Assembly: GCA_964566525.1 (NCBI GenBank)
Contig: CAZMIQ010000001.1
Span: 1-34,299 of the forward strand
Length of the DNA stretch: 34,299 nt
DNA from: an uncultured Pseudomonadales bacterium
Lineage (GTDB): Bacteria > Patescibacteriota > Microgenomatia > UBA1400 > PJMF01
Direction of reading: 5' to 3'
Both the position numbers and the translations under genes were made by a program. Within the stretch, counting starts at the first letter, position 1. Each line of letters opens with the position of its first letter. Positions 1 to 8,355 of the stretch are shown one piece after another. The notes below the pieces were generated by a model, which ran no database searches, had not been told where the DNA came from, and worked only from the letters and a program-made list of their open reading frames with translations.

Positions 1-688
1 TTAAAGATTTGCTCCGCATGGCTTGCTTAAGTTGATTAACCACCTGAGATGTTTTACCTTTGAGAAAAAGACCTAAGTGCTTAATAATGACTTGATAATC
101 GTCTTGACTAATAGTTTGAGTGCAAACTCCTGGGCATAAATTTAAATGATGTTCAAAACATCGTTTCATAATTTTTTTTCGGGGAGCATTGCACCAAGGG
201 AAAATTGGTCTAATAATTTTTAAAACCTCATTTAATTTATAGGCAGAGGGAAAAGGACCAAAAATTTTACCAGCAATAGATTTTTTGTTTAAATCACGCT
301 GACGAAATTTCAAAACTCTTGGCCAGTCTTCTTTGGTAATAACTAGATATAAAGGACTTTTATCGTCTTTCAATAAAATATTGAAAGGCGGTTGATAAAT
401 ATTAATTAAATCAGCTTCAACTAGTAAAGCTTCTAACTCACTGGATAAAACCCGCCATTGTAAATACATGGCTTGATTAACCATTTCTTTGGTTCGTAAA
501 GGTAATTCTGAAATTTGACGGTATTGAGTGAGTCTATTTTTTAGATTTTTGGCTTTCCCGACGTAGAGAATTTTTTGATTTGAATCTAGCCACCAGTATA
601 CTCCCGGCAGTGACGGAGCCTGCGACCAAGCTGCCGATAATAATAATGGTGAAGTAGGAGAGGCATAAGCCGTCTTGGATGTATTCAT
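1..688 (-). CDS. uvrC: UvrC excinuclease subunit, N-terminal part (gene runs off the left edge)
   Basis: Not in the ORF track because no stop lies in the window. Own translation from ATG 688-686: MNTSKTAYASPTSPLLLSAAWSQAPSLPGVYWWLDSNQKILYVGKAKNLKNRLTQY...EALLVEADLINIYQPPFNILLKDDK. This is the GIY-YIG block typical of the UvrC N-terminus. An AGAAGGA SD-like sequence lies about 10 nt upstream. Confidence 0.85.
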   Translation of the reverse strand, partial: MNTSKTAYASPTSPLLLSAAWSQAPSLPGVYWWLDSNQKILYVGKAKNLKNRLTQYRQISELPLRTKEMVNQAMYLQWRVLSSELEALLVEADLINIYQPPFNILLKDDKSPLYLVITKEDWPRVLKFRQRDLNKKSIAGKIFGPFPSAYKLNEVLKIIRPIFPWCNAPRKKIMKRCFEHHLNLCPGVCTQTISQDDYQVIIKHLGLFLKGKTSQVVNQLKQAMRSKSL

Positions 689-1901
689 CAATAATTTTTC
701 CTTCTTGATTAGTTAAAGTAAATTTAATTTTCGAACTTTGATATAATTGCCACCATTGGTGATTGCGAGTTTGAATGATTAGGTCGATAGTTTGCCACGG
801 TAAAAGAGTTAATTCTCCTTGATTTGGACTAATACTTATTTCAGATTCATCGCTAACAGCTTGCCAAGAAAGATTATACCATGATTGACCAGATTGATTT
901 TGAATTGACAATCTATATCTTCCTGGCAAAGGCAAAAAGCTAAACTTATCCAAACAACTATTAAGTTTAATTTTGCCTTCAATGCTTGCTTCAAGGTATT
1001 CTGGAGGAATGAACTCGATATTCCATGATTGAAAATTGGCCGCTACTTTTGAAAAATAATTATTAATGTCGAATTCTTTATCAACTTGATTGTAAATTAA
1101 ATAACCATCGGCTGAAACAGTAATGCTTTCACCAGTTTTTAATAAATAATAACCCAGCCAATTATTTTCTTCGTCAATTTGCCAATTGTGGGGAAGCGGC
1201 CATAAATTGGCATAAATAATTTTAAGATTGTTGGTGTCTTTAGGTAAAATTATTTCTTGATAGGCGGGAGAATTTTGATTATTGGTCAAAAAATAACTAA
1301 AACTAAATTGTAAAAATTGTTCAGTGCCATAAATAAATTCAATTTCTTGCCCTTGTCTTTGATCGAAGGTATAAACCATAACTCCAGCTTGCTGATCGAC
1401 CTTAAGGGGCTGAGGCTTGATCGAGTCTGGTTTACCAAAATGAGTAGGCAGACTAACAATGCTTTGATATTTGCTAAAATCTTGAGCATTATGCAAAGGT
1501 ACAATTTTAATAGTCTTACTATTACCTCTAATTTTAAGTAAATTGCTGTCATGATATTCGAGAGCGAATTCACGACTTTTTCCTTGACCGACAACTTCAT
1601 TTTCGAAGGTGAGATTAAAAATATTTTGTTGATTAGCCGTGGTTTGCTCTTGGGTTATTTTTTGATTTTTGGGTAGTAAAACTAAATTACTAATACCTGT
1701 TTCAGGCACAGAAATTTGATAATGAGTCACGAAAGTAGTCGGACTAGCATTAATTAATTTAAAATCGAGTACGACTTTACTAGATTGATTTTGAACAAAA
1801 GAATAATGCGCGACTAGTTCGCTCTTTAAATTGTCATCAGCCAAAATAGATGAATGAGTGATGATAGAGATAGCAATCAGTAAAAGTATTTTTTTAAACA
1901 T
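534..1901 (-). CDS. Exported protein of unknown function with C-terminal membrane anchor
   Basis: 455-aa ORF. N-terminal signal-like MFKKILLLIAISIITHSSILA. C-terminal hydrophobic helix YFTIIIIGSLVAGSVTAGSILVA followed by a basic tail RFKSKNSLRRESQKSKK. I recognise no domain. The start overlaps the mltG stop (TAATG). Confidence 0.7.
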   Translation of the reverse strand: MFKKILLLIAISIITHSSILADDNLKSELVAHYSFVQNQSSKVVLDFKLINASPTTFVTHYQISVPETGISNLVLLPKNQKITQEQTTANQQNIFNLTFENEVVGQGKSREFALEYHDSNLLKIRGNSKTIKIVPLHNAQDFSKYQSIVSLPTHFGKPDSIKPQPLKVDQQAGVMVYTFDQRQGQEIEFIYGTEQFLQFSFSYFLTNNQNSPAYQEIILPKDTNNLKIIYANLWPLPHNWQIDEENNWLGYYLLKTGESITVSADGYLIYNQVDKEFDINNYFSKVAANFQSWNIEFIPPEYLEASIEGKIKLNSCLDKFSFLPLPGRYRLSIQNQSGQSWYNLSWQAVSDESEISISPNQGELTLLPWQTIDLIIQTRNHQWWQLYQSSKIKFTLTNQEGKIIDEYIQDGLCLSYFTIIIIGSLVAGSVTAGSILVARFKSKNSLRRESQKSKK

Positions 1902-2875
1902 TATTTTAAATATTTTTGGACATTGAGCTGATGTTCTTCTAAAGTTTTACCGTAATGGATTTGTCCTTGTGGATCATGCAGATAATAATAGTAGTCATTG
2001 GGAGTAGGATTAAGGGCGGCTTTAATGGCAGCAAGACTGACGGCACAAATGGGAGCTGGCGGCAAGCCTTTAACCACATAAGTATTGTATGGAGAATCAA
2101 ATTTAGTATCAGCTAAAGTGGGCGGCTCCCACCATTTGGCAGTTTGTTCATTTTTACCCACGGCATATTGAGCGCTAGCACATAATTGAAGCGGATAATT
2201 GTCATTAAGCCGACTATTGAGAATGCCAGCAATCATTGACATTTCTTCGGTAGTTTTACCTTCTCTTTGCAAGAGCGAAGCAAGGACTAGTATTTCATCT
2301 AGAGTATAAGAAGATTTAGCTATTTGTTGGGATATTTCGGGATTATCTATTACTGATTTTTGGAATTGACGATGTAAAATATTAACAAGAGTTTTAGCGG
2401 TACTTAAAGGAGCGATTTTATATGTTTCTGGAGCCAAGCGTCCTTCTAAGCTAGCAGTTAGGCTAAGAAACTCTGTAGAATCAAACTCTTCTAAATCAAG
2501 TTTTTCAAGATATTCGGCGATTTCTTCTCTGCGCCAACCTGGCAAAATGGTAATTGTTAATTGTTCTGGAGACTTTTGCATCGCCAGCAGTATTTCATCT
2601 AAATTCATATTGGCTCGAAGCTTGAAGTTACCAGCTTGAATTTTTTGTCCGCTCTGACGATATTTAGCTAATAACCGTAAAGCTAACTGATTTTTGATAA
2701 GTTGTTGCTTTTCTAAATTAGCACTAATTTGCGTTAATGTCTGCCCTTTTTCAATCGTGAATTCTTGCTCTTCACTTGATTGACTAACTGGAGAATATAA
2801 ATAGTAAATTAAACCATAAGCGCTAGCAAGAATTAATAAAGCTAGGATAAAACTCAAAAGAGCAATTTTTTTCAT
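1901..2875 (-). CDS. mltG: Endolytic murein transglycosylase MltG (YceG family)
   Basis: N-terminal TM helix, then YceG-like motifs: LDEILVLASLLQREG and SPYNTYVVKGLPPAPICAVSLAAIKAALNP. Confidence 0.9.
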   Translation of the reverse strand: MKKIALLSFILALLILASAYGLIYYLYSPVSQSSEEQEFTIEKGQTLTQISANLEKQQLIKNQLALRLLAKYRQSGQKIQAGNFKLRANMNLDEILLAMQKSPEQLTITILPGWRREEIAEYLEKLDLEEFDSTEFLSLTASLEGRLAPETYKIAPLSTAKTLVNILHRQFQKSVIDNPEISQQIAKSSYTLDEILVLASLLQREGKTTEEMSMIAGILNSRLNDNYPLQLCASAQYAVGKNEQTAKWWEPPTLADTKFDSPYNTYVVKGLPPAPICAVSLAAIKAALNPTPNDYYYYLHDPQGQIHYGKTLEEHQLNVQKYLK

Positions 2876-2881
2876 AGTGTA

Positions 2882-2890
2882 ATTATAGCA
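2882..2890 (-). promoter_or_regulatory. Extended -10 (TGcTATAAT) 6 nt upstream of the mltG ATG; implies a leaderless transcript
   Basis: Minus strand reads cgTGcTATAATtacactATG. Confidence 0.55.
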
Positions 2891-2904
2891 CGAATTTATT
2901 TTTT

Positions 2905-3357
2905 TTAATTAGTGCTTAGATGATTAATAATAGCCGCATCTCCTGATAAACAGCGTTCAGCAGCGAGCAGACTTTCATCGTTAATATAAATAAAAGGAAT
3001 GCCGACAGTAGAATTATCTAATTGACAAATTTGAGCAAAAGCTAATAATTGCTCATTGTTTTTTTTCTGGGTGGCAAGATGATCTAAAGAAACTGTGACT
3101 AAATTATGTGATTGACTAGCTTCTGGATTCTGAGCTAGGTGTTTATCAACATTAAGACAATGAGGACAAGTTTCGCTGGTAAAAAGATAGGTGGCAGCTT
3201 GATTAAAATCCAAAGCTAAATCGGCACTAGGTGAAACTTCATGATCAAAATCAGGCGCAGGGTTTAAATTTTGATTGACTTTGACAAATACCAGAACCAT
3301 GAAAAGTAGAATAATTAATATCCCAAAAAAAACAAATGAAGAGTATTTTTTTTCCAT
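2905..3357 (-). CDS. Membrane-anchored thioredoxin/glutaredoxin-fold thiol:disulfide oxidoreductase (CPHC motif)
   Basis: Likely start at internal Met (MEKKYSSFVFFGILIILLFMVLVFV is a TM anchor). CPHC active-site motif (TSETCPHCLNV) with a downstream GIPF cis-Pro-like loop. The track ORF extends to 3396. Confidence 0.75.
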   Translation of the reverse strand: MEKKYSSFVFFGILIILLFMVLVFVKVNQNLNPAPDFDHEVSPSADLALDFNQAATYLFTSETCPHCLNVDKHLAQNPEASQSHNLVTVSLDHLATQKKNNEQLLAFAQICQLDNSTVGIPFIYINDESLLAAERCLSGDAAIINHLSTN

Positions 3358-3367
3358 AATACAGCTT

Positions 3368-3376
3368 AGTATAACA
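3368..3376 (-). promoter_or_regulatory. Extended -10 (TGtTATACT) 10 nt upstream of the ATG at 3357
   Basis: Minus strand reads aaTGtTATACTaagctgtattATG. Confidence 0.5.
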
Positions 3377-3407
3377 TTATTTATTGAAAAAGGCAAATGA
3401 TTGAAAT

Positions 3408-4121
3408 TTAGGAATCAAATTTTTCACTGACAATATGGTCTAAAGTAATACCTTTTTGCTGGATAATGGCTTGCGAGTCATTAATCATTGAGGGGTTGCC
3501 ACAGAGCAAAAATTGACTTTTAGCGGGAAAAGTTTGTGATTCCAACCATGAAGTGACTCTACCAGTTAGTAGATTCCAAGTTGGGGTAGGCTGAGAAACA
3601 GTAGGAATAAAAGTGAAATTATCAAAATATCTTTGCATTTGTAAAAAATCATCCAACCAAAAAAAATCGGCATCACTCCTCATGCCCCAAACTAAAGTCA
3701 GCGGGATAGTTGTCTGCCTTAACTGTAACAAATCAGTAACTTGACTGCGGAAAGGAGAAATACCACTACCAGAAGCGACTAAAAATAGGTGTTTAATATC
3801 GCTAAGATCTTCGATTACTAATTTGCCCAAGGGGGCGATCAAATCAATTTCTTGACCATAAGAAAGATTTTTCAGGTAATTGACGCCGAGTCCATTAGGT
3901 TGATGGTCAACCAATAATTCAAAACTAGTATTGACGTCTGGCCGATCACACATGGAATAAGCTCTGGTGGTTTTTTCATCTATTTGGATTAAAACGTATT
4001 GACCAGCTAAATTTTCAATCTTATATGGCTGGATTAATTCAAAACGGTAAAGACTAAATCGTTGATTATAGTCTTCTTTACTAGCTAGTTTGGCTTTCAT
4101 TTTTTGTGGTATAATCATCAT
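3408..4121 (-). CDS. FAD/NAD(P)-binding oxidoreductase, ferredoxin-reductase (FNR) type
   Basis: R-x-Y-S FAD motif (TRAYSMCD) and a G-x-G-x-x-P NAD(P) motif (LVASGSGISPFRS). About 235 aa, the size of a two-domain FNR-like module. AAAGGA SD upstream. Confidence 0.75.
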   Translation of the reverse strand: MMIIPQKMKAKLASKEDYNQRFSLYRFELIQPYKIENLAGQYVLIQIDEKTTRAYSMCDRPDVNTSFELLVDHQPNGLGVNYLKNLSYGQEIDLIAPLGKLVIEDLSDIKHLFLVASGSGISPFRSQVTDLLQLRQTTIPLTLVWGMRSDADFFWLDDFLQMQRYFDNFTFIPTVSQPTPTWNLLTGRVTSWLESQTFPAKSQFLLCGNPSMINDSQAIIQQKGITLDHIVSEKFDS

Positions 4122-4181
4122 ATCCTTTCATTTTCAATTCGGTTAATTATACCTCAATTATAAGTGATTTGAAAACAAAAA

Positions 4182-4258
4182 GGCCGCATGGCTCAGTTGG
4201 TTAGAGCGTTCGATTCACATTCGAGAGGTCCCAGGTTCGAATCCTGGTGCGGCCACCA
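4182..4258 (+). tRNA. tRNA-Val (anticodon CAC), CCA encoded
   Basis: Hand-folded cloverleaf: acceptor GGCCGCA/TGCGGCC, D arm GCTC-AGTTGGTTA-GAGC, anticodon arm TTCGA-TTCACAT-TCGAG, T arm CCAGG-TTCGAAT-CCTGG, discriminator A plus CCA. Confidence 0.9.
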
Positions 4259-4462
4259 GTTATAATTAAACAAATATTTCACAATTTTCCAACTAAAAAT
4301 AGTCAAATTGTTCGTTAATTTTGGGCTAGAGTTAATAGTTCTTATAAATGATTTTTTCTTGGACTCTAAGGGCTGAATAAAGCAGAAAGTTAATTTTTGA
4401 CAATAAGTGTATAATATAAGGGCAATATGTTTTGATCTTTAAAATAAATGGGGGTAATAAAA

Positions 4463-5050
4463 ATGAGTGAATACGACTTAGTCATCAAAAGAACGAATGC
4501 GGCAAAAACAGACAATCAAGAGCTAAACCGAGAATTATCGATGGATGAAGAATTAATGTTGGCGAATATAACAGAAAATTGGAAAAGAAGAAGACGCCTA
4601 ATTTTAGAACGCGTGCAAGAAAAAATTGTGACCGCAGCGGAAATATTGGCAGCGAGATTTATAGAAGATGTAAATTTATATAAAAAAATTTCATATGCAT
4701 ATGAAATGTGGCAGTCAGATTGGATGGAACCAAATGAGAATCCTTTTGTAATTTATGAAGAAATGAATCGAGATTGTCAAAATGAAATTAATACGATTGC
4801 TCAGCGTTTGCCATTAATTTTTCAACATTTTATGACTAGAACAATCTTTTCTCCTCCACAAGAAAATGGAGTTGACTTAGTCAACTTATATTTATATATG
4901 GAAAAAAGATTTAAACAAGTGTTTATTGAAAAAGTAAGTAAAAAATTTGAAAAGAAGTTGATTAAATGCAATTTTTTGGATTTTGATCAGCCTGTTAGCC
5001 ATGATTTGGGTGGTGAATACTTTTTTTATATCAGACTCTATGATCTTTAA
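4463..5050 (+). CDS. Hypothetical cytoplasmic protein (no recognisable domain)
   Basis: ORF 4448..5050. ATG at 4463 is preferred because a GGGGG SD lies 8 nt upstream. A TG+TATAAT-like promoter is at about 4408-4415 and an intrinsic terminator follows directly. No signal peptide or TM helix. Confidence 0.6.
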   Translation: MSEYDLVIKRTNAAKTDNQELNRELSMDEELMLANITENWKRRRRLILERVQEKIVTAAEILAARFIEDVNLYKKISYAYEMWQSDWMEPNENPFVIYEEMNRDCQNEINTIAQRLPLIFQHFMTRTIFSPPQENGVDLVNLYLYMEKRFKQVFIEKVSKKFEKKLIKCNFLDFDQPVSHDLGGEYFFYIRLYDL

Positions 5051-5056
5051 TATTGC

Positions 5057-5079
5057 GCCCGCCTTCTGGCGGGCTTTTT
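5057..5079 (+). terminator. Rho-independent terminator
   Basis: GCCCGCC-TTCT-GGCGGGC followed by TTTTT. Confidence 0.8.
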
Positions 5080-5102
5080 CTTGCATACTTTTAGCTTTTT
5101 TA

Positions 5103-5111
5103 TGATATAAT
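5103..5111 (+). promoter_or_regulatory. Extended -10 (TGaTATAAT) 9 nt upstream of the rpmE ATG
   Basis: Plus strand reads taTGaTATAATatatgttctATG. Confidence 0.55.
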
Positions 5112-5120
5112 ATATGTTCT

Positions 5121-5516
5121 ATGAAAGCAAACATACATCCAAATTGGCAAGAATGCCGTGTTACTTGTGCCTGCGGCAATTCATTTATTACTAGAGGAAA
5201 TACTGCTACTTTGCAGGTTGATATTTGTAACAAATGTCATCCTTTTTTTACTGGTGAAGAGCGTTTCGTAGATAAAGAGGGGCGTTTAGATAAGTTTAAA
5301 AATAAAATGGCATTATCAAAAAAATTAAAAGCGCAGGAATTAGCAAAGCAAAAAGCCAAGCAAGCAAAAAAAGATGCCGCACAACAAAATACGGCTGAAG
5401 TGATGTCCTTCAAACAAATATTAAATCAAACAAAGGGTAAAAATAATAGTCAAGAGGCTGAGGCTTCAAAAACTACCCAAGCTGAATTGATGTCTGACGC
5501 CAAAAGCGCAAAATGA
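5121..5516 (+). CDS. rpmE: Ribosomal protein L31 (Zn-ribbon type A) with a long Lys/Ala/Gln-rich C-terminal extension
   Basis: MKANIHPNWQECRVTCACGNSF...CNKCHPFFTGEERFVDKEGRLDKF is a canonical L31 core with four Cys. About 69 extra residues follow it. TGA stop overlaps the prfA start (ATGA). Confidence 0.9.
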   Translation: MKANIHPNWQECRVTCACGNSFITRGNTATLQVDICNKCHPFFTGEERFVDKEGRLDKFKNKMALSKKLKAQELAKQKAKQAKKDAAQQNTAEVMSFKQILNQTKGKNNSQEAEASKTTQAELMSDAKSAK

Positions 5517-6427
5517 ACCCTTTTCAAACTCAATTAGATGAGCTGGCAGCTAAAATTTCTGCCAATGAGCAACTTTTGTCTGATCCTGATTTAAAGGAGT
5601 TGGCAGAGGTTGAGATTAGTGATTTAAAAATTCAATATGACACTTTATCGAAGGCAGCTGAAGCGATCAGCACAGATAAAAATCAAGCAGCACCAACTGA
5701 TGTAAAAAAAGCTAATTGCATTCTGGAAGTAAGAGGCGGAGCAGGTGGCGATGAGGCAAAGATTTGGGCTCATGAATTATTGAGAATGTATTTACGTTTT
5801 GCGGAAAATAATAAACTAAAAATTACTTACTTGGACGATGATGTGATTAAAATTAAGGGGACGATTGATTTTTTAGGTCAAGAGTACGCTCCTTATCATT
5901 TATTGCGCTTCGAATCAGGAGTGCACCGAGTCCAAAGAGTGCCAACGACCGAAGCGGCTGGCAGAATTCATACTTCCACAGCCAGTGTGGCAGTTTTTCC
6001 TGAAGTTCAGGCTTCGGCAGTAAATATTAATCCAGCTGATTTAGAATGGCAATTTTGTCGAGCTGGAGGCGCTGGCGGGCAAAATGTCAATAAAGTCAAT
6101 TCAGCTGCTCGGCTGACTCATATTCCAACTGGAGTAGTAGTGAATGCAAGACAAGAAAGAAGTCAAGCTCAAAATCGACAAATAGCTTTAGAGATATTAG
6201 CGGCGAGATTGTGGGAAATTGAAGAAGAAAAACGGCAAAAAGAGCTAGGTAATCTACGCTTAGCAATTGGGAGAGCGCAAAGGGCAGAAAAAATTAGAAC
6301 TTATAATTTTCCTCAAAATAGAATTACAGATCATCGACTGGAAGAAAGTTGGTATAATTTACCAGTAGTGCTGGAAGGTGATTTATTAGCTATAATTACC
6401 GCTTGCCAAAGTTTAGATCAAGTTTGA
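5513..6427 (+). CDS. prfA: Peptide chain release factor 1 (compact, 304 aa)
   Basis: GGQ motif (RAGGAGGQNVNKV). RF1-type P-x-T tripeptide in RVQRVPTTEAAGRIHTS. C-terminal IRTYNFPQNRITDHR. Confidence 0.9.
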   Translation: MNPFQTQLDELAAKISANEQLLSDPDLKELAEVEISDLKIQYDTLSKAAEAISTDKNQAAPTDVKKANCILEVRGGAGGDEAKIWAHELLRMYLRFAENNKLKITYLDDDVIKIKGTIDFLGQEYAPYHLLRFESGVHRVQRVPTTEAAGRIHTSTASVAVFPEVQASAVNINPADLEWQFCRAGGAGGQNVNKVNSAARLTHIPTGVVVNARQERSQAQNRQIALEILAARLWEIEEEKRQKELGNLRLAIGRAQRAEKIRTYNFPQNRITDHRLEESWYNLPVVLEGDLLAIITACQSLDQV

Positions 6428-6956
6428 GTTGGTCTCCAACTTTAATGCCCATTAAATCTGCTCTGCCACTGGGAATTTCTAAGACTAAATTAACCGGCTG
6501 CTGACTAGTGTATAAAGGAAGTTTCCAAGTGGGGGTGCCTGCTGATCCGGCAGGAACACGGCGACTAATTTGGGCAATAGTACCTTCATCCAACCACAAA
6601 ATATCTAAATCAAAATTCATTCTGGGCATCCAAAAAGTTTGGCGTTTTTTGTCAGGCATTACAAAGAGCATGCCGTCACTACCAATTTCTCGTCGATCTG
6701 ATAATCCTTGAACGATGGATGATGGCGTATTAACTACTTCTAAAAGATATTCGCGTTGATTAATTTTAGCTTTAATTTTACTTCTGTCTGGCAAAGATAA
6801 AAGATATGAACTAATATTTTCTTGATGATAATTGTTAATAAAGGTAAAGGCAAACCAAAAAATACCAATGATCATAATTGAGATAAATAAAATTAGCGTG
6901 GTTAATTTTTTATTTCGGAGAATAGTTGATAAATTTGAGAAAATTTTTTGAGACAT
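6396..6956 (-). CDS. Membrane-anchored DUF192 family protein
   Basis: N-terminal TM helix, then a DUF192-like block: GLSDRREIGSDGMLFVMPDKKRQTFWMPRMNFDLDILWLD. Confidence 0.8.
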   Translation of the reverse strand: MSQKIFSNLSTILRNKKLTTLILFISIMIIGIFWFAFTFINNYHQENISSYLLSLPDRSKIKAKINQREYLLEVVNTPSSIVQGLSDRREIGSDGMLFVMPDKKRQTFWMPRMNFDLDILWLDEGTIAQISRRVPAGSAGTPTWKLPLYTSQQPVNLVLEIPSGRADLMGIKVGDQLKLDLNFGKR

Positions 6957-6973
6957 AATTGAGCTTTATTTTA

Positions 6974-8044
6974 TCATATTTGCGAGTCTTGAACAACACT
7001 AATTTCTTCGACATGAGGAAAACTGAATTGTTGACGCCATTGTTCATCAGTGCTGGTAATGATGGTCTGCTGCTCATTAACCATATTCCAAACCAATGCC
7101 TGAGCCTCTTGATCTAGTTCTGAAAAAATGTCATCAAGCAAAAGAATAGGTTTTTGATTGGTAATTTTTTCTAAATACGATAATTCGGCTAATTTCAGCC
7201 ATAAGACTGCCAGCCGATGCTGACCTCGAGAACCGTATGTCATGAGGGAGGCTTCATGACCATTAAAATTAGTAATGATTTCAAAATCGTCTTTATGGGG
7301 ACCAATAAGAGTGTGACCGATAGCTAATTCTGCCACTCGATATTGCTCTAAGCGTGCTTGAGTAACTTGGCTATGCAAATAATTAGCCTTAAAACTAAGC
7401 GGTGATTCAAACTCATGATTGAGAAAATGAAAAAAAATACTTCTAGCTTGGTGAATAATAGTGCCATAATTGAGCAAATTCTGATCCCAGTAAGATAATG
7501 AGTTGGTGGTTAAGTCGCCATTTTTAATCGCTTGCAAAGTTTTATTTCTTCGAATAAGAGAAGCTTGATAATTTTTTTTCGCTTGATAATAATTTTTATT
7601 AGTAATCGACAATGGGTCATCCAAATATTCTCGGCGACGACTGGATGAGCCCTCGATCAAACGCAAATCTTCTGGTCTAAAACAAGCAACTAATAAATTA
7701 CCAATAAAATCAATTTGTCTTTTTTTGGCCTTGCCGACAGTATAATGTTTGACGGCGGTTTTCTTGCCGCCGAGACTGCCATGAGTCAAAGTCAGACCAA
7801 GTTTTAAATCTTGATCGATCAGAGCATATGCTCGACCAATTTCTTGATCAAATCTAATTAATTCATTGGTTTTACTTGCCCTAAAACTTCTCGCAGTAGC
7901 CAAGAGGTAAATGGCCTCTAAAATAGTAGTTTTGCCGGCGCCATTTTTGGCAATAATTAAATTAAGACGGTCACCAAATTGCCAAGTTTTTTGCTGGAAC
8001 TGCCTAAAATCTTGTAAATATAATTTTTTTAATTTCATTTCCAC
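6974..8044 (-). CDS. recF: DNA replication and repair protein RecF
   Basis: N-terminal LYLQDFRQF plus Walker A GAGKTTILEAI, and Walker B LLLDDIFSELD. Start is GTG 8044 or ATG 8038. Confidence 0.9.
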   Translation of the reverse strand: MEMKLKKLYLQDFRQFQQKTWQFGDRLNLIIAKNGAGKTTILEAIYLLATARSFRASKTNELIRFDQEIGRAYALIDQDLKLGLTLTHGSLGGKKTAVKHYTVGKAKKRQIDFIGNLLVACFRPEDLRLIEGSSSRRREYLDDPLSITNKNYYQAKKNYQASLIRRNKTLQAIKNGDLTTNSLSYWDQNLLNYGTIIHQARSIFFHFLNHEFESPLSFKANYLHSQVTQARLEQYRVAELAIGHTLIGPHKDDFEIITNFNGHEASLMTYGSRGQHRLAVLWLKLAELSYLEKITNQKPILLLDDIFSELDQEAQALVWNMVNEQQTIITSTDEQWRQQFSFPHVEEISVVQDSQI

Positions 8045-8073
8045 AATAAAGCCCCATTATGAATGGGGCTTTT
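8045..8073. terminator. Hairpin terminator downstream of the 8092..8298 gene
   Basis: AGCCCCA-TTATGAA-TGGGGCT with T-rich tracts on both strands (TTTT on plus, TTTATT on minus). Confidence 0.65.
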
Positions 8074-8091
8074 GGTTGCTAATAACTTAAA

Positions 8092-8298
8092 TTAGGCTGC
8101 TTTTTTTAAAACAGGCATACCAGTTCTGGTGGTTTCCATAACCATATAGCCAGCCGGAACTTCACTCAAGGCCCCTTCAGCTCTTTCTTCTCTGGCAAAA
8201 AAATAAATCACTTGTTTTCTACCATTTTTCAAGGTGACTTCTTTCATATGAAGGAAGTAGGCTTGACCTTTTTTGTTGGTGTAGCTAAATGCGCTCAT
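8092..8298 (-). CDS. Small hypothetical protein (68 aa)
   Basis: ORF with GAAAGG SD 5 nt upstream, its own promoter and terminator. No domain recognised. Confidence 0.65.
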   Translation of the reverse strand: MSAFSYTNKKGQAYFLHMKEVTLKNGRKQVIYFFAREERAEGALSEVPAGYMVMETTRTGMPVLKKAA

Positions 8299-8355
8299 TT
8301 TACCTTTCTTTTTTCCACTTTGCTGAGCAAAGTTATATACTATTACTTATTCTTA

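Noticed and set aside
4259-5079. Looked for a direct repeat of the tRNA-Val 3' end (att-like site) or an integrase that would define an integrated element next to the tRNA.
   Set aside because: No copy of the TCCTGGTGCGGCC-type segment was visible downstream by eye, and no recombinase gene is present. A computational repeat search is still needed.
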